Shown piece after piece: positions 7,546 to 17,287 of a DNA stretch of 64,000 nucleotides. Each line of letters starts with the position of its first letter. Positions within the stretch are counted from its first letter, which is position 1. Made by a program: the position numbers and the translations under genes. The stretch covers positions 63,909 to 127,908 of IMG/VR virus record IMGVR_UViG_3300029509_000119. One strand, given 5' to 3'. The notes under the pieces are model-generated. The model was given only the letters and a program-made list of their open reading frames with translations, had not been told where the DNA came from and made no database searches. This stretch comes from a virus (taxonomy: Duplodnaviria; Heunggongvirae; Uroviricota; Caudoviricetes).

Positions 7546-8805
7546 TTAGTCGTTCGGACCCTCATTGGGGTCTCCGGTGACGGAACCATCGTCTGAATTC
7601 TGGGTTGGGCTGTCGCCGTCATCGGATGGCTGGCCGTCGGACGAACCGGAGTCGCCGACACCGTTGGTGGAATCCGACGAACCGGAATCGGACGCCGCAT
7701 CCTCCTCGTCGTCACTGCCGGACGAGCCAATCAGCGAACGGTCGATGGCATTGTTGAACGCCTTCAACGTGGTCAGACTGCCCTCCGCGCCCCAGTCAAC
7801 GATTTTCGCGCTGCCACGGGTCGGATTGTGGATAAGAACCGTGACGCTCGTATCCACGTTGCCCACCGACTTGATGTCCGCGCTTGGATTGTTCGCGGCA
7901 CTCGCGTCAACCTTCTTCTCATAGGGTTTGAACGAGATGCTGACGCTCGCCGCAGCCCATTCGGGATTGTCGGACTTGTTCTTCTTGTCAACGACCTTGC
8001 CGTCCTTGGTGCATTGCACCAGCCATTCGACGGACGAGTTCAGATACGAACCCAAGCTTGCTGGCTGGTACACGTGCTCGCTGTTCGGGTCTCCGACAAG
8101 TACGGTCAACGCGTTGGGGTCTTTGCCGACGTACGCCTTTGCCCACGCGCCGACCACGGTCGTCAGGCTCGTGTTCTGGTCAAGCTGAACGTACCCGTCG
8201 GGACGATACGTGTCGGTGCCGCTGTCCGAAGTGACTGTCTTGGGCAGCACGGTCGGCGTTCCCACCGCAGTAGCCACTCCGTCCGTGACGGCGACAAGCT
8301 GGGTGATGTCCCTCGTGCTTCCGTCCGACTTGTCGGTAAGGGACATCTGATGGCTCCAATATTGGGTGACTTCCCCATCGGAACCGTCCGAAGTGGAAGT
8401 GCCCACTTCAGTGGCACCGTTCCACCACAGGTTCGCATACCCGTATTGGAACGCGCCATTGTCGTCATCCAACCAACCGTATACGGATTGCAACGCGACC
8501 TGCTTGCCGGGCTTGTCGCCGTTAACCTCCTTGAGCTTCGAACTCATATACGAACCCATGTCGGTCAACGTGTTGATTGCACGGACGGAAATCATCGGCG
8601 CGACCAGTCCGGTGCAGACGAACAGGACGATGAGAACCTTCCACTTCCGAGTGTTCTTCAACGCCTTCTTCCAAGCGGTGAGTTCTATTTCGTTCTTGCG
8701 TTCCTTCTCGTCGGCGAACAGGTCGGTCTCATCGTTCGGATTCTGCCACGCCTTCTGCTGTCCTATCGGCTGATTGCCGTTCTTGTCTTTCTTGTTTCCG
8801 AACAC
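7546..8805 (-). CDS. membrane-anchored surface protein with S/D/G-rich acidic tail
   Basis: 419 aa. Cytoplasmic N-terminus, TM 'WKVLIVLFVCTGLVAPMISV', large extracellular domain, low-complexity 'SGSDDEEDAASDSGSSDS...' C-terminus. Confidence 0.55.
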   Translation of the reverse strand: MFGNKKDKNGNQPIGQQKAWQNPNDETDLFADEKERKNEIELTAWKKALKNTRKWKVLIVLFVCTGLVAPMISVRAINTLTDMGSYMSSKLKEVNGDKPGKQVALQSVYGWLDDDNGAFQYGYANLWWNGATEVGTSTSDGSDGEVTQYWSHQMSLTDKSDGSTRDITQLVAVTDGVATAVGTPTVLPKTVTSDSGTDTYRPDGYVQLDQNTSLTTVVGAWAKAYVGKDPNALTVLVGDPNSEHVYQPASLGSYLNSSVEWLVQCTKDGKVVDKKNKSDNPEWAAASVSISFKPYEKKVDASAANNPSADIKSVGNVDTSVTVLIHNPTRGSAKIVDWGAEGSLTTLKAFNNAIDRSLIGSSGSDDEEDAASDSGSSDSTNGVGDSGSSDGQPSDDGDSPTQNSDDGSVTGDPNEGPND

Positions 8806-9039
8806 AGTCCCGCTCCGAATCCGTTTTTCGTCTGACTTGCATCCTCCAGTCTACCGTTCGTCGGAGGTTGCTTTCACCGTCTTCGAGGTTTTCTGAAACG
8901 TGTCTGCCGCCGGTGTCGGCTTCTCTGTTTTTCTTTTTCCGGAACTTTTCTTTTTCTCTCTTCCGTCGAAAGCATTCGGACATGCCTAAACGTTCACGTG
9001 ACCTGATTTTTTCTAAAGCATTGAGGATACCCTTTAAGC

Positions 9040-9200
9040 GGGTTTAGGCCTGCCCAAACGTGGAATCTGAAAAATGGTTTTATTCTGATTTTTTGATTTT
9101 TTGCTTCTTTTTGAAAAACCTGTTTTTTTAAAAAGAAGGGAATACAAGGGTTATTAATATTTTGTAATCTTTTGTATACCTTTTGCAGGTGTCGGAATCC
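9040..9200. other. AT-rich tract, probable DNA-unwinding element of the plasmid origin
   Basis: About 70% A+T in a ~60% G+C background (gattttttgattttttgcttctttttgaaaaacctgtttttttaaaaag). Directly 5' of the iteron array and the rep gene. Confidence 0.4.
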
Positions 9201-9233
9201 CTTATGGGAGTAGGCGTTTCAGGTCGAAAGCGT

Positions 9234-9398
9234 GTCGAAAGTTCCAACTTTCCGTGTCAGAAGTTCCAACTTTCCGTGTCGAAAGTTCCAACTTCTGTGG
9301 CAGAAGTGCCCACTTAGCGTGGCAGAAGTTCCAACTTTCCGTGGCAGAAGTTCCAACTTTTTATGCAGGGCGTGCCAGAATTGCCCACCTATAGCGGC
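9234..9398 (+). repeat. iteron array: six to seven directly abutting 22-bp repeats (AGAAGTTCCAACTTTCCGTGGC)
   Basis: Units at 9234, 9258, 9280, 9302, 9324, 9346 and a degenerate one at 9370. The 22-nt period equals two helical turns. Located between the AT-rich tract and the rep gene. Confidence 0.7.
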
Positions 9399-9539
9399 AC
9401 TTTCTCACGCGTGCCCGAAGAGGTTGACTGCAACAGTGGAGAGGTCGGAAGCTCTAACTAGAATCAGAGAAAAGAAAACCCCGCGCTGCGGAACCAGCCG
9501 GGGTAACGGTAACCATCAACCTTAAGGAACCATGGTCAC

Positions 9540-10409
9540 ATGACCTATGATAGCAAAGACCTCGACAAGTCAAACGCATACCGCTACGCTCCATCCGTGA
9601 TGTCGAAGCTGAGCTTCCTGCCACAGTCGAAACCTGACTCGCCATCCGTAAGGAAGACGAACGGGAACTCGTCAATCACCATTTCGGCCTCCAACGGGGA
9701 ATGGGCTTACGGTGCTGCCCCCAGAATGTTCCTCCTCCACATTCGCTCTCTTATCAAGAACGGGAGCGACTGCGTGGACGCGGAACATCACACCGTCTAC
9801 TTGGATAACACGTACAACTCGTTCTGCAATAGCGTCGGAATTAAATACTCCGGGTCAAACAAGGATAAGGTCATAGAGATGGTCAAGAACCTAGCCACCA
9901 CTTCCATCGTCCTCAAAAACTGGTCAGCGGACAGATTCATAGCCCGCTCGTTTTTCGTCGCAAACACCGTGGCGCTCAACTATGGGACTGACGAAAAAGA
10001 GAAGTCGTTCATAGAGTTCTCTCCTCAAATGTGGGCGCTGCTGACCGAGAACTGCGTGCCACTCAACCCGTCCATCGTCCGCCAGCTGCGCGGCGACGCC
10101 CTCTCGTTGGACGTGTACCAGTGGCTCGCGTTTCGCGCCAACTCCACACGCTATGAGACGCACGTAACATGGGAAGCTCTGTTGATGCAGTTCAAGTATG
10201 ACGGGTATCCGATGCGTGAATTCAAACGCAAGTTCAAGAGGGCGTTGGAGAAGATTCGGCTCGCGTGGCCGGAGCTGAAAGTCGAAATCACGGAAACCGG
10301 CGTCATAGTCCGTCCTAGTCTCCCTTCCATCCAGTCGGCTAACGATGATACCGACACGGACACGGGCGTGGCAGATAATGAAGAGCCGATAAACCCGTTC
10401 ATATCCTGA
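9540..10409 (+). CDS. plasmid replication initiator (iteron-binding Rep)
   Basis: ATG at 9540 with an AAGGAAC RBS. 289 aa with an acidic C-terminal tail. Position immediately downstream of the iterons and the AT-rich element. Family assignment (RepA_N-like) is from memory only. Confidence 0.6.
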   Translation: MTYDSKDLDKSNAYRYAPSVMSKLSFLPQSKPDSPSVRKTNGNSSITISASNGEWAYGAAPRMFLLHIRSLIKNGSDCVDAEHHTVYLDNTYNSFCNSVGIKYSGSNKDKVIEMVKNLATTSIVLKNWSADRFIARSFFVANTVALNYGTDEKEKSFIEFSPQMWALLTENCVPLNPSIVRQLRGDALSLDVYQWLAFRANSTRYETHVTWEALLMQFKYDGYPMREFKRKFKRALEKIRLAWPELKVEITETGVIVRPSLPSIQSANDDTDTDTGVADNEEPINPFIS

Positions 10410-10518
10410 ATGTGTTTAGAGAAACCAATGGGGCGTACGCTCTGTTATGAGTGCCGCCCCATCTGGAAGACTTCGATGAAGTTCTTTTTTGTTCATCCGA
10501 ATGCTAGTATACCGGAAT

Positions 10519-11043
10519 CTAATCCTTCTGCTCGTACTTGTCGATGAGAGACTGGTCGAAGTGTCCCTGCTGGAAGCAGTAGTCCATCGCGGCGTTCAAC
10601 AGGACAGCCTGTTTCGTCCCGTATTCGATGCTTCTCATCTTCCATGCACGCCAGTTCTCGACGGTGACGTTGCTTCCGATTCGTTTCTCTTTCGGCGGCT
10701 GGTGTGTTTCCGGTTGCATGGCGGCGGTTGGTTCCGGTTGGGCTTGGATTACGTTGGCGACGGCTGGCTGCGGTTGTTGTTGAACGGCTTGTGTCGGCTC
10801 CACGTTTTGAGGCATGGATTGTGTGACGACCGGCTGGACGGGCGTCTGCACGGTTGTCGGAATGTTCTGCGATTCCATCGGAGCCTGTGGATGGACCATG
10901 ACCGTCGGCTCCTGCACCGACCGTCCGGACTGTGGTTCCACAATCGGCGCCGATTGTGGAACCTCCGGCGACTCCAATGGACGCATGTCACGCTTGTCCT
11001 GCAAACCCGTGGCGAAAGCGTTGCGTCTGATGTTCTTGACCAT
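10519..11043 (-). CDS. putative centromere-binding partition protein (ParG/ParB-equivalent of a type Ib par locus)
   Basis: Directly downstream of parA on the same strand. Disordered P/Q-rich N-terminus with a folded ~50-aa C-terminus (ENWRAWKMRSIEYGTKQAVLLNAAMDYC). Confidence 0.45.
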   Translation of the reverse strand: MVKNIRRNAFATGLQDKRDMRPLESPEVPQSAPIVEPQSGRSVQEPTVMVHPQAPMESQNIPTTVQTPVQPVVTQSMPQNVEPTQAVQQQPQPAVANVIQAQPEPTAAMQPETHQPPKEKRIGSNVTVENWRAWKMRSIEYGTKQAVLLNAAMDYCFQQGHFDQSLIDKYEQKD

Positions 11044-11071
11044 GATTGTCTACTGCTCCCCTGCTCCCGTT

Positions 11072-11734
11072 TTATTCTTCCACCAGATTGATTGCCGTCA
11101 GATAGTCGATAAGTTCATGCACGACGCTGGAATACTCCTTGTTGTCGATTTCGGTCGTGCCGTACATGTTCTTGACGGCCTCACGTTCCGTGATGACGGT
11201 TTCGAATCGTGCGATGCCTTCCTCGTCGAGTTCGCCGATGCTGTTGCGGGCGAGTTTCGTTCGCGGTTTCACACGGGTCAACAGGACGATGCCGTTTCGT
11301 GCCGCCGCATACGTGCGTCCGGCATGGGTCAAATCGGAGATGGACGGCTGGCATGGGATTATCACCACGTCTCCCGCGTTTATCGCCGCCTGTACGACAC
11401 CGGCGTCGGATGGCGGGGTGTCGATGATGACCCAGCCGGAATATTTTTCACGGATGAGTTCGGGATTGTTGAGGATGGCTTCGTTGGTTTGTATGACGGG
11501 GAAACCCAACTCGTATGGTTCCGCGTCCGGATTGTCCTGCCGACGTCTGCGGTTTTCCTGTTCGACATACATTTCCCACATGGTCGCGCCGCCCGTGTTG
11601 TCGGAATCCAAGACCGTGACTTGTTCGCCGCGCTTGTGCAACAGTTCGGCCAATGCCATTGCCGTAGTGGTTTTGCCTGAACCGCCCTTGATGATGGCGA
11701 CGGTGATGATGACCGTATCGTTTTTGATTCTCAT
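11072..11734 (-). CDS. parA: ParA-family partition ATPase
   Basis: ORF 11072..12061 trimmed to 'MRIKNDTVIITVAIIKGGSGKTTTAMALA' (deviant Walker A KGGSGKTT). 221 aa, small Ib-type ParA. Confidence 0.8.
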   Translation of the reverse strand: MRIKNDTVIITVAIIKGGSGKTTTAMALAELLHKRGEQVTVLDSDNTGGATMWEMYVEQENRRRRQDNPDAEPYELGFPVIQTNEAILNNPELIREKYSGWVIIDTPPSDAGVVQAAINAGDVVIIPCQPSISDLTHAGRTYAAARNGIVLLTRVKPRTKLARNSIGELDEEGIARFETVITEREAVKNMYGTTEIDNKEYSSVVHELIDYLTAINLVEE

Positions 11735-11981
11735 GCCTGTGTTCCTTTTTCGGCTTTCGGTGTGGACGAAACCATAGTGGGGGTATGGATTCGTAATCAA
11801 GGATAACAACGTGGAACAGTCGGCACGCCGAACCATAAAACCATTTCCATCAACGTTCCGACAAAACGGCGAACCGGCATACAGGCTGAACGGCGAAACA
11901 ATGATGGTAAAAGGAAGTAGTAATACGGCAGTCTTCCAATCAGAAAAACGGACACGGCATCCAAAAAAACAGCGACGAAAA

Positions 11982-12335
11982 CTACTCAGTCGCCGTGAAC
12001 ACCAACCGGCGCAAAAACTCCATGAACAGCGAGCCGATATCCGGCAATTGAGCCGCGACATCCTTCATCCACTGACGCACCGGCAATCCCATCACCTCCA
12101 GCACGCCGGTGATAATCCACACGAACAGCAGGAACGCGCAGATGGTCAACGCTGTCATCAACGCGCGAGTGCTTTTCTGCAAGATGGCGAATACGACGCT
12201 GCCAGCGCAAATAATAATCATCAACAGTGTGAGGATTGCGCCAGTCGGCGTGAACACCCATGAGAAGAACACGGTGAGCACGTCGCCCAACGTTCGTCCG
12301 GCGGTGTTGGCGGCTTGGTTTCCTACCTCTTCCAT
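11982..12335 (-). CDS. small polytopic membrane protein (conjugation-associated?)
   Basis: 117 aa with three hydrophobic helices. Lies between the VirB6-like gene and par. Confidence 0.5.
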   Translation of the reverse strand: MEEVGNQAANTAGRTLGDVLTVFFSWVFTPTGAILTLLMIIICAGSVVFAILQKSTRALMTALTICAFLLFVWIITGVLEVMGLPVRQWMKDVAAQLPDIGSLFMEFLRRLVFTATE

Positions 12336-12438
12336 TTTCTAATCTCCTTGACAGTTGGAAGGTTTGCGAAAGGGAAACCGGCGTCGAACGCTGCTGAAGA
12401 TTTTCAAAAAACATTCGACGCCGGATGGTCAAACCGAC

Positions 12439-12545
12439 GTCACTTCATGAACGGCGGCTTGGATGTCGGCTGTCCAAATCCCGTCGATTTCGACGGGATT
12501 AAAAACCAGTCACTTCATGAACGGCGGCTTGGATGTCGGCTGTCC
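12439..12545. repeat. perfect 37-bp direct repeat (12439..12475 and 12509..12545) flanking an 18-nt perfect palindrome (12480..12497)
   Basis: 'gtcacttcatgaacggcggcttggatgtcggctgtcc' occurs twice. The second copy encodes the last 11 codons plus the stop of CDS 12510..16418. 'cccgtcgatttcgacggg' lies between the copies. Confidence 0.6.
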
Positions 12546-15500
12546 TCCGGTTGGCGGTTTCTTCATACGAAGATTGCCTACGACGGGGAAACCTGTCAGG
12601 TTTGACGGGTTGGCGTCCACCGGCGGTTTGACGGTCGAAGACGGTGTGGCTGACGGTTGCATTCGAACCGACGGCTGCTGTCTTACCTGAGCTTGTGGCT
12701 GCGGTTGAGGCTGCTGTTGCGTCTGACCGGAATCAACCGTGAATTCTCTACTCGGCTGAATCCCATTCGGGTTCATGGCACGTTCCGCACTCGCAGGCAT
12801 CATATCGCCCGGAAGACCCGTCGTCCTAGTCCACTCCTCCTGCGCCATACGCAAATGCTCCTCTGGGGACTGCTGTACCGGATTCTCACGCATGTGCGCC
12901 TGTTGCAGCGCATTGTTCACCGATTCAGGCATTGGAGTCGTGTTTCCGGTCGCGTTCTGCCAAGTGGAGGCGGCGGACACGGCGGCGTCCATTGTTCCGG
13001 ACGGCAGAGTCTCACCGACAATCTCGCCCGTCTCGGTGTTGTACACCGGCTGGTTGGCGTCCGCTTCAGGTTGGGCGGTCACATTCTCATTGGAGGATTG
13101 ATTGTTCTGTCGCATGTACGCTTGGACGGAATTATCTACCTCCCCGGAGGAGACGGCCTCTTGGAACGCTTGTTCCGCTTCTTCTTGGGACATGTGCTGA
13201 TTGTTCGTGAAATCCGCCATCATTCCCTCGCGAACCTGATTGAACGCGGACTGTTCGGTCAACACCGGAGCCTGTCCTTGAGCGTCGGCTGGAACCGATT
13301 CAGTTAGAGTGTCCACCGGAATCGTTTCCGTCTGACCGTCAGTCGAGGAAGGCATAGGACTGTCACCATCGGCGGAACCACCGTCACCGGTGCCGGAGAA
13401 CGGAGACGACAACGGAGTGTCACCATTAGCCATGCCCAACACGTCGCGACGCCACTGGTCACGTTTCTTCATACTGCCGGGAGCGGCGTTCCTGATGTCG
13501 CGGATTTTGCCCATCGCGGCTCCCGCACCCACCGCTAGACCATGATGGAGGTTACGGTCGGCGGCCAGCTTCCCGGCGGCGACCAATCCCAACGGTGCGG
13601 TAATCGGATTGGAGAACAAAGCTGCGGTGGCGGCGGCCTTAGCAGCTACCTTCGCACCGCGTGCGGCGACATTACGCAAAGGAGCGTTCTTCGCGGCGCG
13701 TACGGCGAACGCGAGACCGGCTCCGCCCATTGCGGCACCCGCCCCTGCGACTCTGGCCGCACCTTGAAGCGCACGTCCAGCATTGTTCAGATGATTCATC
13801 ATCTCCGCCCTACGCTGAACATTGTCGAGAGACATGCCCGGATGACGTTGCGCGATACGATGCGCGAACGCTTCAGTGTTGTCCGCTCCCCTGAACTTGG
13901 AGGCGGCGGCGTTCAACCGTTGCCGGAACTTGTCGTGGGACTCTTCCATGTGGAGTCGCGCACCGGCAAGACTTCCCCTCACCGTGTTGGCGTCCATTCT
14001 TGCCCACGTCCTGCTCTTGCGTCCATGGGATTGAATCGCTTCGAGTTCGCTCTGACTACGGTTCAGCAGGTTCCTGTCGCCGTTGGACAACGCCTCCTGC
14101 TGTGCGCGGCTCATCTTGCTCAGGACGGTCGCGCTCTGACGTGCTCCGCTATGCGCCATGCCAGCGCCGGTACCGTTCGTGGACAAGCGTCCGGCACTAT
14201 CGCCTCCGTGACGGAAGCCGCCACGCATGGCTTGCATCATACGGTGCTGTCCAATCATGCGCATGCCGGTGCGGATGCCGGAAGCCATGGAGGTTCCTCC
14301 CGCCATGCCCATCAGAGCGTTGATACTGAACGGATTACCGCACTTCAACACCTTTGAACAGAACATGCTTATGGACGCCAGTGCCAACAGTGGACTCACT
14401 CCCGCAATCAGCTGGTAGGTGAACGAGCCGCTACTGGCGGACGTGAACTTCAACGTCAGACCGCAGATGAACGTGGCGAGAGCGCCCAACGCTCCATACA
14501 ATGCGCCGACCATACTCAACTGGCATGTGTATGCGGTCCAATTCTTCAACGCCTTCTTCGGCTTCTCGCCTATAGGGAACGCTTGGATGAGGAACGTGAC
14601 CACGAGGAACAAAGCCATCATTATCAGCATGAGTTTCGTCAGGATGAGGATAAGACTCAACAATCCCCAGACCACAAGATTGACGATGCCGCCAAGGAGA
14701 CTTCCGCAAGCCCCCAACGTGTCAACGTTGTTGTTCCCGTACATGTAGTCGAGGGTTTTCTTCGCACCGCCCGTGACGGTGGAATCATCCTGAGCGTCAC
14801 GAAGATTGGCTTCGCTCCAAGTTCCGGAAACGTTCGGCACGTCGAAACGCCAGCCGACCGTTGCGGAATCACCCCAATTGGTGTTGTTCTGCTGGTCTTT
14901 GTAACCGCCGTCATCATTCTTGTCGATGTCGGAGCTACGGGCGAAGATTGCGGAATCCTGTTTGAGAATCGTCTGGCAGACCGATGTGGTCTGTTGGATG
15001 GTCTCGTTTTCGTTTCCGTTCTGTTTGGCGTCCATCAAACCTGTGCCACCGTTAGTCGGTTTCACATTGTCCAAGTCGTTAATCTTGACACGTACCTTCG
15101 TACTGCCGTTCTTGATGTCTTTGGTTCCCGCGTCGCCAAGATTGTTGATGAGAGTGCCCCAGCCGGAACGTGCGTAGATTTCCTGATTGCGTTTCGTCCC
15201 GCATGTCTCCCAGAACACTCCCGCACGGCTGAGATACGTCGCATTCTCCCTTTCCAACGGCTTGTCGGTGAAGTAAGGGTGACGGGGGTCAACCCAACCG
15301 TCCACGGAGAACAGCCATTTAGCCCTCTGGTCGCTGATGTGCAACGACATGGCCTTGTTGGTCAAATCCTTTTGGATGGTGGTGTTCGTATTGGCTTTCA
15401 TTTCCAACACGTGGCAGTATCCCTGCCGTGCGTTCTCCGCGATTCGGAACGAGGATGTTCCGGTGGCCTGCGGGTTTCCATACTGCATGGTCACCCACGA

Positions 15501-16418
15501 GCGAAGAGACGTCTCCTCCCAAATACGGTTGATGGCCTTGGTGATGTTGCTCGTATCCTGATTGCCATGGGACGCGGCCTGTTCGTCATACGCCTGATGC
15601 ATGTAGTACAGGTAGTCCTGACAGTTGGTTTTGGCTCCGTTTCCGCTATGGTAATAGGCCATCATATTCTTATCGCCGTCGGCCATGCCGTCAAGGTCAA
15701 GATTGACCGACAGTTTGTTGATGGTGTTGTTGATGGTCTGCACGACCCACCATGGGCTTCCGGTCGCAGGTTCCGTGGCGTTTCTCCCTGTCTTCGCGGC
15801 TCCCGCGCCAAGTATCGTGATTGAAGCGAAGCAGAGAACCATGATGATGATTCGTTTGCTCGCTTCTTTGACGGTGCCGATTTGGAATCCGGCCGCGCCA
15901 ACCCAAGCGACGATGCCCAGCACTGCGATGGTGGCGGGAATCCCGCCGTCCATCAGACTCGTTACCAGAGTGGCCACTGCGGAGTCAATGTTCGCGCCAG
16001 CCTGTTTCATCGGTTCGAACGAAGCGGCGAACTGGCTGATGGACAATGCGGATGACCAGCAGACCTGAGTCAACATCATCAGAACATTGGGAAGAACGAC
16101 ATGCATCTGCGAATTGATGGTCTGCTTGACATTGGAGAACCAGCCCGCGACGTCACTACCACTGTACGGTTCGGTACGTGAAGTGATTTCGCCGACATAG
16201 TTTCCCCAACGTCCGGAAGGAAGACAGCTTGCGATGTCCGACGTCGCACCATCCGTCCCACCGTTGGCGCATGTCGCCGTCGTTGTCGAACCGTCGGACG
16301 GCGCGGCGAACACGCTGTCAGGTAATACGAACAATGTCATGACCATGCACAACATCAGAATGACGAGCAGGTTCCTTCCACCAGCCCGTCTCACTGGGTC
16401 TCGATATTTTGTATTCAA
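12510..16418 (-). CDS. large polytopic membrane protein, VirB6/TrbL-like T4SS channel component with A/G-rich and P/Q-rich C-terminal extension
   Basis: 1302 aa. Signal-like N-terminus, two clusters of TM helices separated by a ~400-aa Asn-rich loop, then A/G-rich and P/Q-rich tails. Start overlaps the upstream gene (ATGA). Neighbours are T4SS ATPases. Confidence 0.5.
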   Translation of the reverse strand: MNTKYRDPVRRAGGRNLLVILMLCMVMTLFVLPDSVFAAPSDGSTTTATCANGGTDGATSDIASCLPSGRWGNYVGEITSRTEPYSGSDVAGWFSNVKQTINSQMHVVLPNVLMMLTQVCWSSALSISQFAASFEPMKQAGANIDSAVATLVTSLMDGGIPATIAVLGIVAWVGAAGFQIGTVKEASKRIIIMVLCFASITILGAGAAKTGRNATEPATGSPWWVVQTINNTINKLSVNLDLDGMADGDKNMMAYYHSGNGAKTNCQDYLYYMHQAYDEQAASHGNQDTSNITKAINRIWEETSLRSWVTMQYGNPQATGTSSFRIAENARQGYCHVLEMKANTNTTIQKDLTNKAMSLHISDQRAKWLFSVDGWVDPRHPYFTDKPLERENATYLSRAGVFWETCGTKRNQEIYARSGWGTLINNLGDAGTKDIKNGSTKVRVKINDLDNVKPTNGGTGLMDAKQNGNENETIQQTTSVCQTILKQDSAIFARSSDIDKNDDGGYKDQQNNTNWGDSATVGWRFDVPNVSGTWSEANLRDAQDDSTVTGGAKKTLDYMYGNNNVDTLGACGSLLGGIVNLVVWGLLSLILILTKLMLIMMALFLVVTFLIQAFPIGEKPKKALKNWTAYTCQLSMVGALYGALGALATFICGLTLKFTSASSGSFTYQLIAGVSPLLALASISMFCSKVLKCGNPFSINALMGMAGGTSMASGIRTGMRMIGQHRMMQAMRGGFRHGGDSAGRLSTNGTGAGMAHSGARQSATVLSKMSRAQQEALSNGDRNLLNRSQSELEAIQSHGRKSRTWARMDANTVRGSLAGARLHMEESHDKFRQRLNAAASKFRGADNTEAFAHRIAQRHPGMSLDNVQRRAEMMNHLNNAGRALQGAARVAGAGAAMGGAGLAFAVRAAKNAPLRNVAARGAKVAAKAAATAALFSNPITAPLGLVAAGKLAADRNLHHGLAVGAGAAMGKIRDIRNAAPGSMKKRDQWRRDVLGMANGDTPLSSPFSGTGDGGSADGDSPMPSSTDGQTETIPVDTLTESVPADAQGQAPVLTEQSAFNQVREGMMADFTNNQHMSQEEAEQAFQEAVSSGEVDNSVQAYMRQNNQSSNENVTAQPEADANQPVYNTETGEIVGETLPSGTMDAAVSAASTWQNATGNTTPMPESVNNALQQAHMRENPVQQSPEEHLRMAQEEWTRTTGLPGDMMPASAERAMNPNGIQPSREFTVDSGQTQQQPQPQPQAQVRQQPSVRMQPSATPSSTVKPPVDANPSNLTGFPVVGNLRMKKPPTGGQPTSKPPFMK

Positions 16419-16837
16419 CGGATTTCCATTTCCTGAAGGTCGATGATGTTTTCCGGCTGGGTGGAATTCGGATAGAAGACCTGTCCTTCAATCTTGCGGC
16501 TCTTCATGTCCTGCAAGGTTCTTTTCCACCGTGTCTGCTGGGTGCGGTCTCGAATGGTTCCCACTGCGAAGAACGGGGCCAACGCGCCGCCCAACAGTAC
16601 GAAGAACGAGCTGAACATGTATCCAAGCAGCGGAGCGAACATGAGGCAGAGCGCCAAGCCCGCCAATGCTCCGACGATGACGGAGAACACGGTTTTGGAA
16701 CGCGCTTCGGTGTTCTTCGTTATCTGGAACGTGTTCTTCCGTTCGATTTCCTCCGGGCCGGACACTTCGGTGATGTCGTCCATCGTCAATCTTGGATGCA
16801 ATGGGCCTTTATATCCTTCGTCTTCCTCGTCGCTCAT
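16415..16837 (-). CDS. small membrane protein (T4SS-associated, VirB3-like?)
   Basis: 140 aa. Acidic N-terminus, then two TM helices (VFSVIVGALAGLALCLMFAPLLGYMFSSFFVLLGGALAPFFAV). Confidence 0.5.
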   Translation of the reverse strand: MSDEEDEGYKGPLHPRLTMDDITEVSGPEEIERKNTFQITKNTEARSKTVFSVIVGALAGLALCLMFAPLLGYMFSSFFVLLGGALAPFFAVGTIRDRTQQTRWKRTLQDMKSRKIEGQVFYPNSTQPENIIDLQEMEIR

Positions 16838-16942
16838 GATTCAACCCTTTTCGTATGCAAAGCTTGTAAAAGAAAACCGGAGTGGGGACAGAATAGGAAA
16901 GGTTCTTTTCATGTATCCACTCCGGCATTACTTCTGCGGACG

Positions 16943-17287
16943 TCAGATTCCCAGATAGGACTTTCCACTGCCGCCGAGCGCGTCAACGAACCAGTCGAGC
17001 AATTTCAGGAGTCCCGGAATGGTGAAGGTCGGGCCTGCAAGGATGAAGCCGACTGCGAGAATGACGAGAACACGACCGACGGTCGGACAGAACATCTGGA
17101 CCAGTTTGTTCTGACGTCCCAACGCCTTGCAGATACCACCGGCGATAAGACCGAGAGCGAGAATCACTGCCGCAGCAAGACCAATATTGGTCAGCACGGT
17201 TCCCGCGCTACTGCTCAAAATAGTGTCGAACATCCTATGATAGGTGTTCTCAAGACTGCTTCCAGCCAAGGTGACGGTTCCACCCAT
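16943..17287 (-). CDS. small membrane protein (pilin/VirB2-like?)
   Basis: 114 aa with two hydrophobic helices. First gene after the terminator downstream of the coupling-protein gene. Confidence 0.45.
   Translation of the reverse strand: MGGTVTLAGSSLENTYHRMFDTILSSSAGTVLTNIGLAAAVILALGLIAGGICKALGRQNKLVQMFCPTVGRVLVILAVGFILAGPTFTIPGLLKLLDWFVDALGGSGKSYLGI

Noticed and set aside
9234-9398. Possible CRISPR array (regular direct repeats)
   Set aside because: The repeats abut with no spacers, the period is 22 bp, and they sit between an AT-rich tract and a rep gene. Interpreted as iterons, not CRISPR.
12510-16418. Long antisense or frame-shifted ORFs across large genes (e.g. 13542..14357+, 14583..15824+, 17510..18289+, 20564..21361+, 31548..32285-, 32304..32975-, 32987..33769+, 60725..61738-, 61739..62560-, 62317..63243-)
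   Set aside because: They overlap well-supported genes on the opposite strand and show the typical G/V/R/H-rich antisense composition of high-GC DNA. They also lack RBS motifs.
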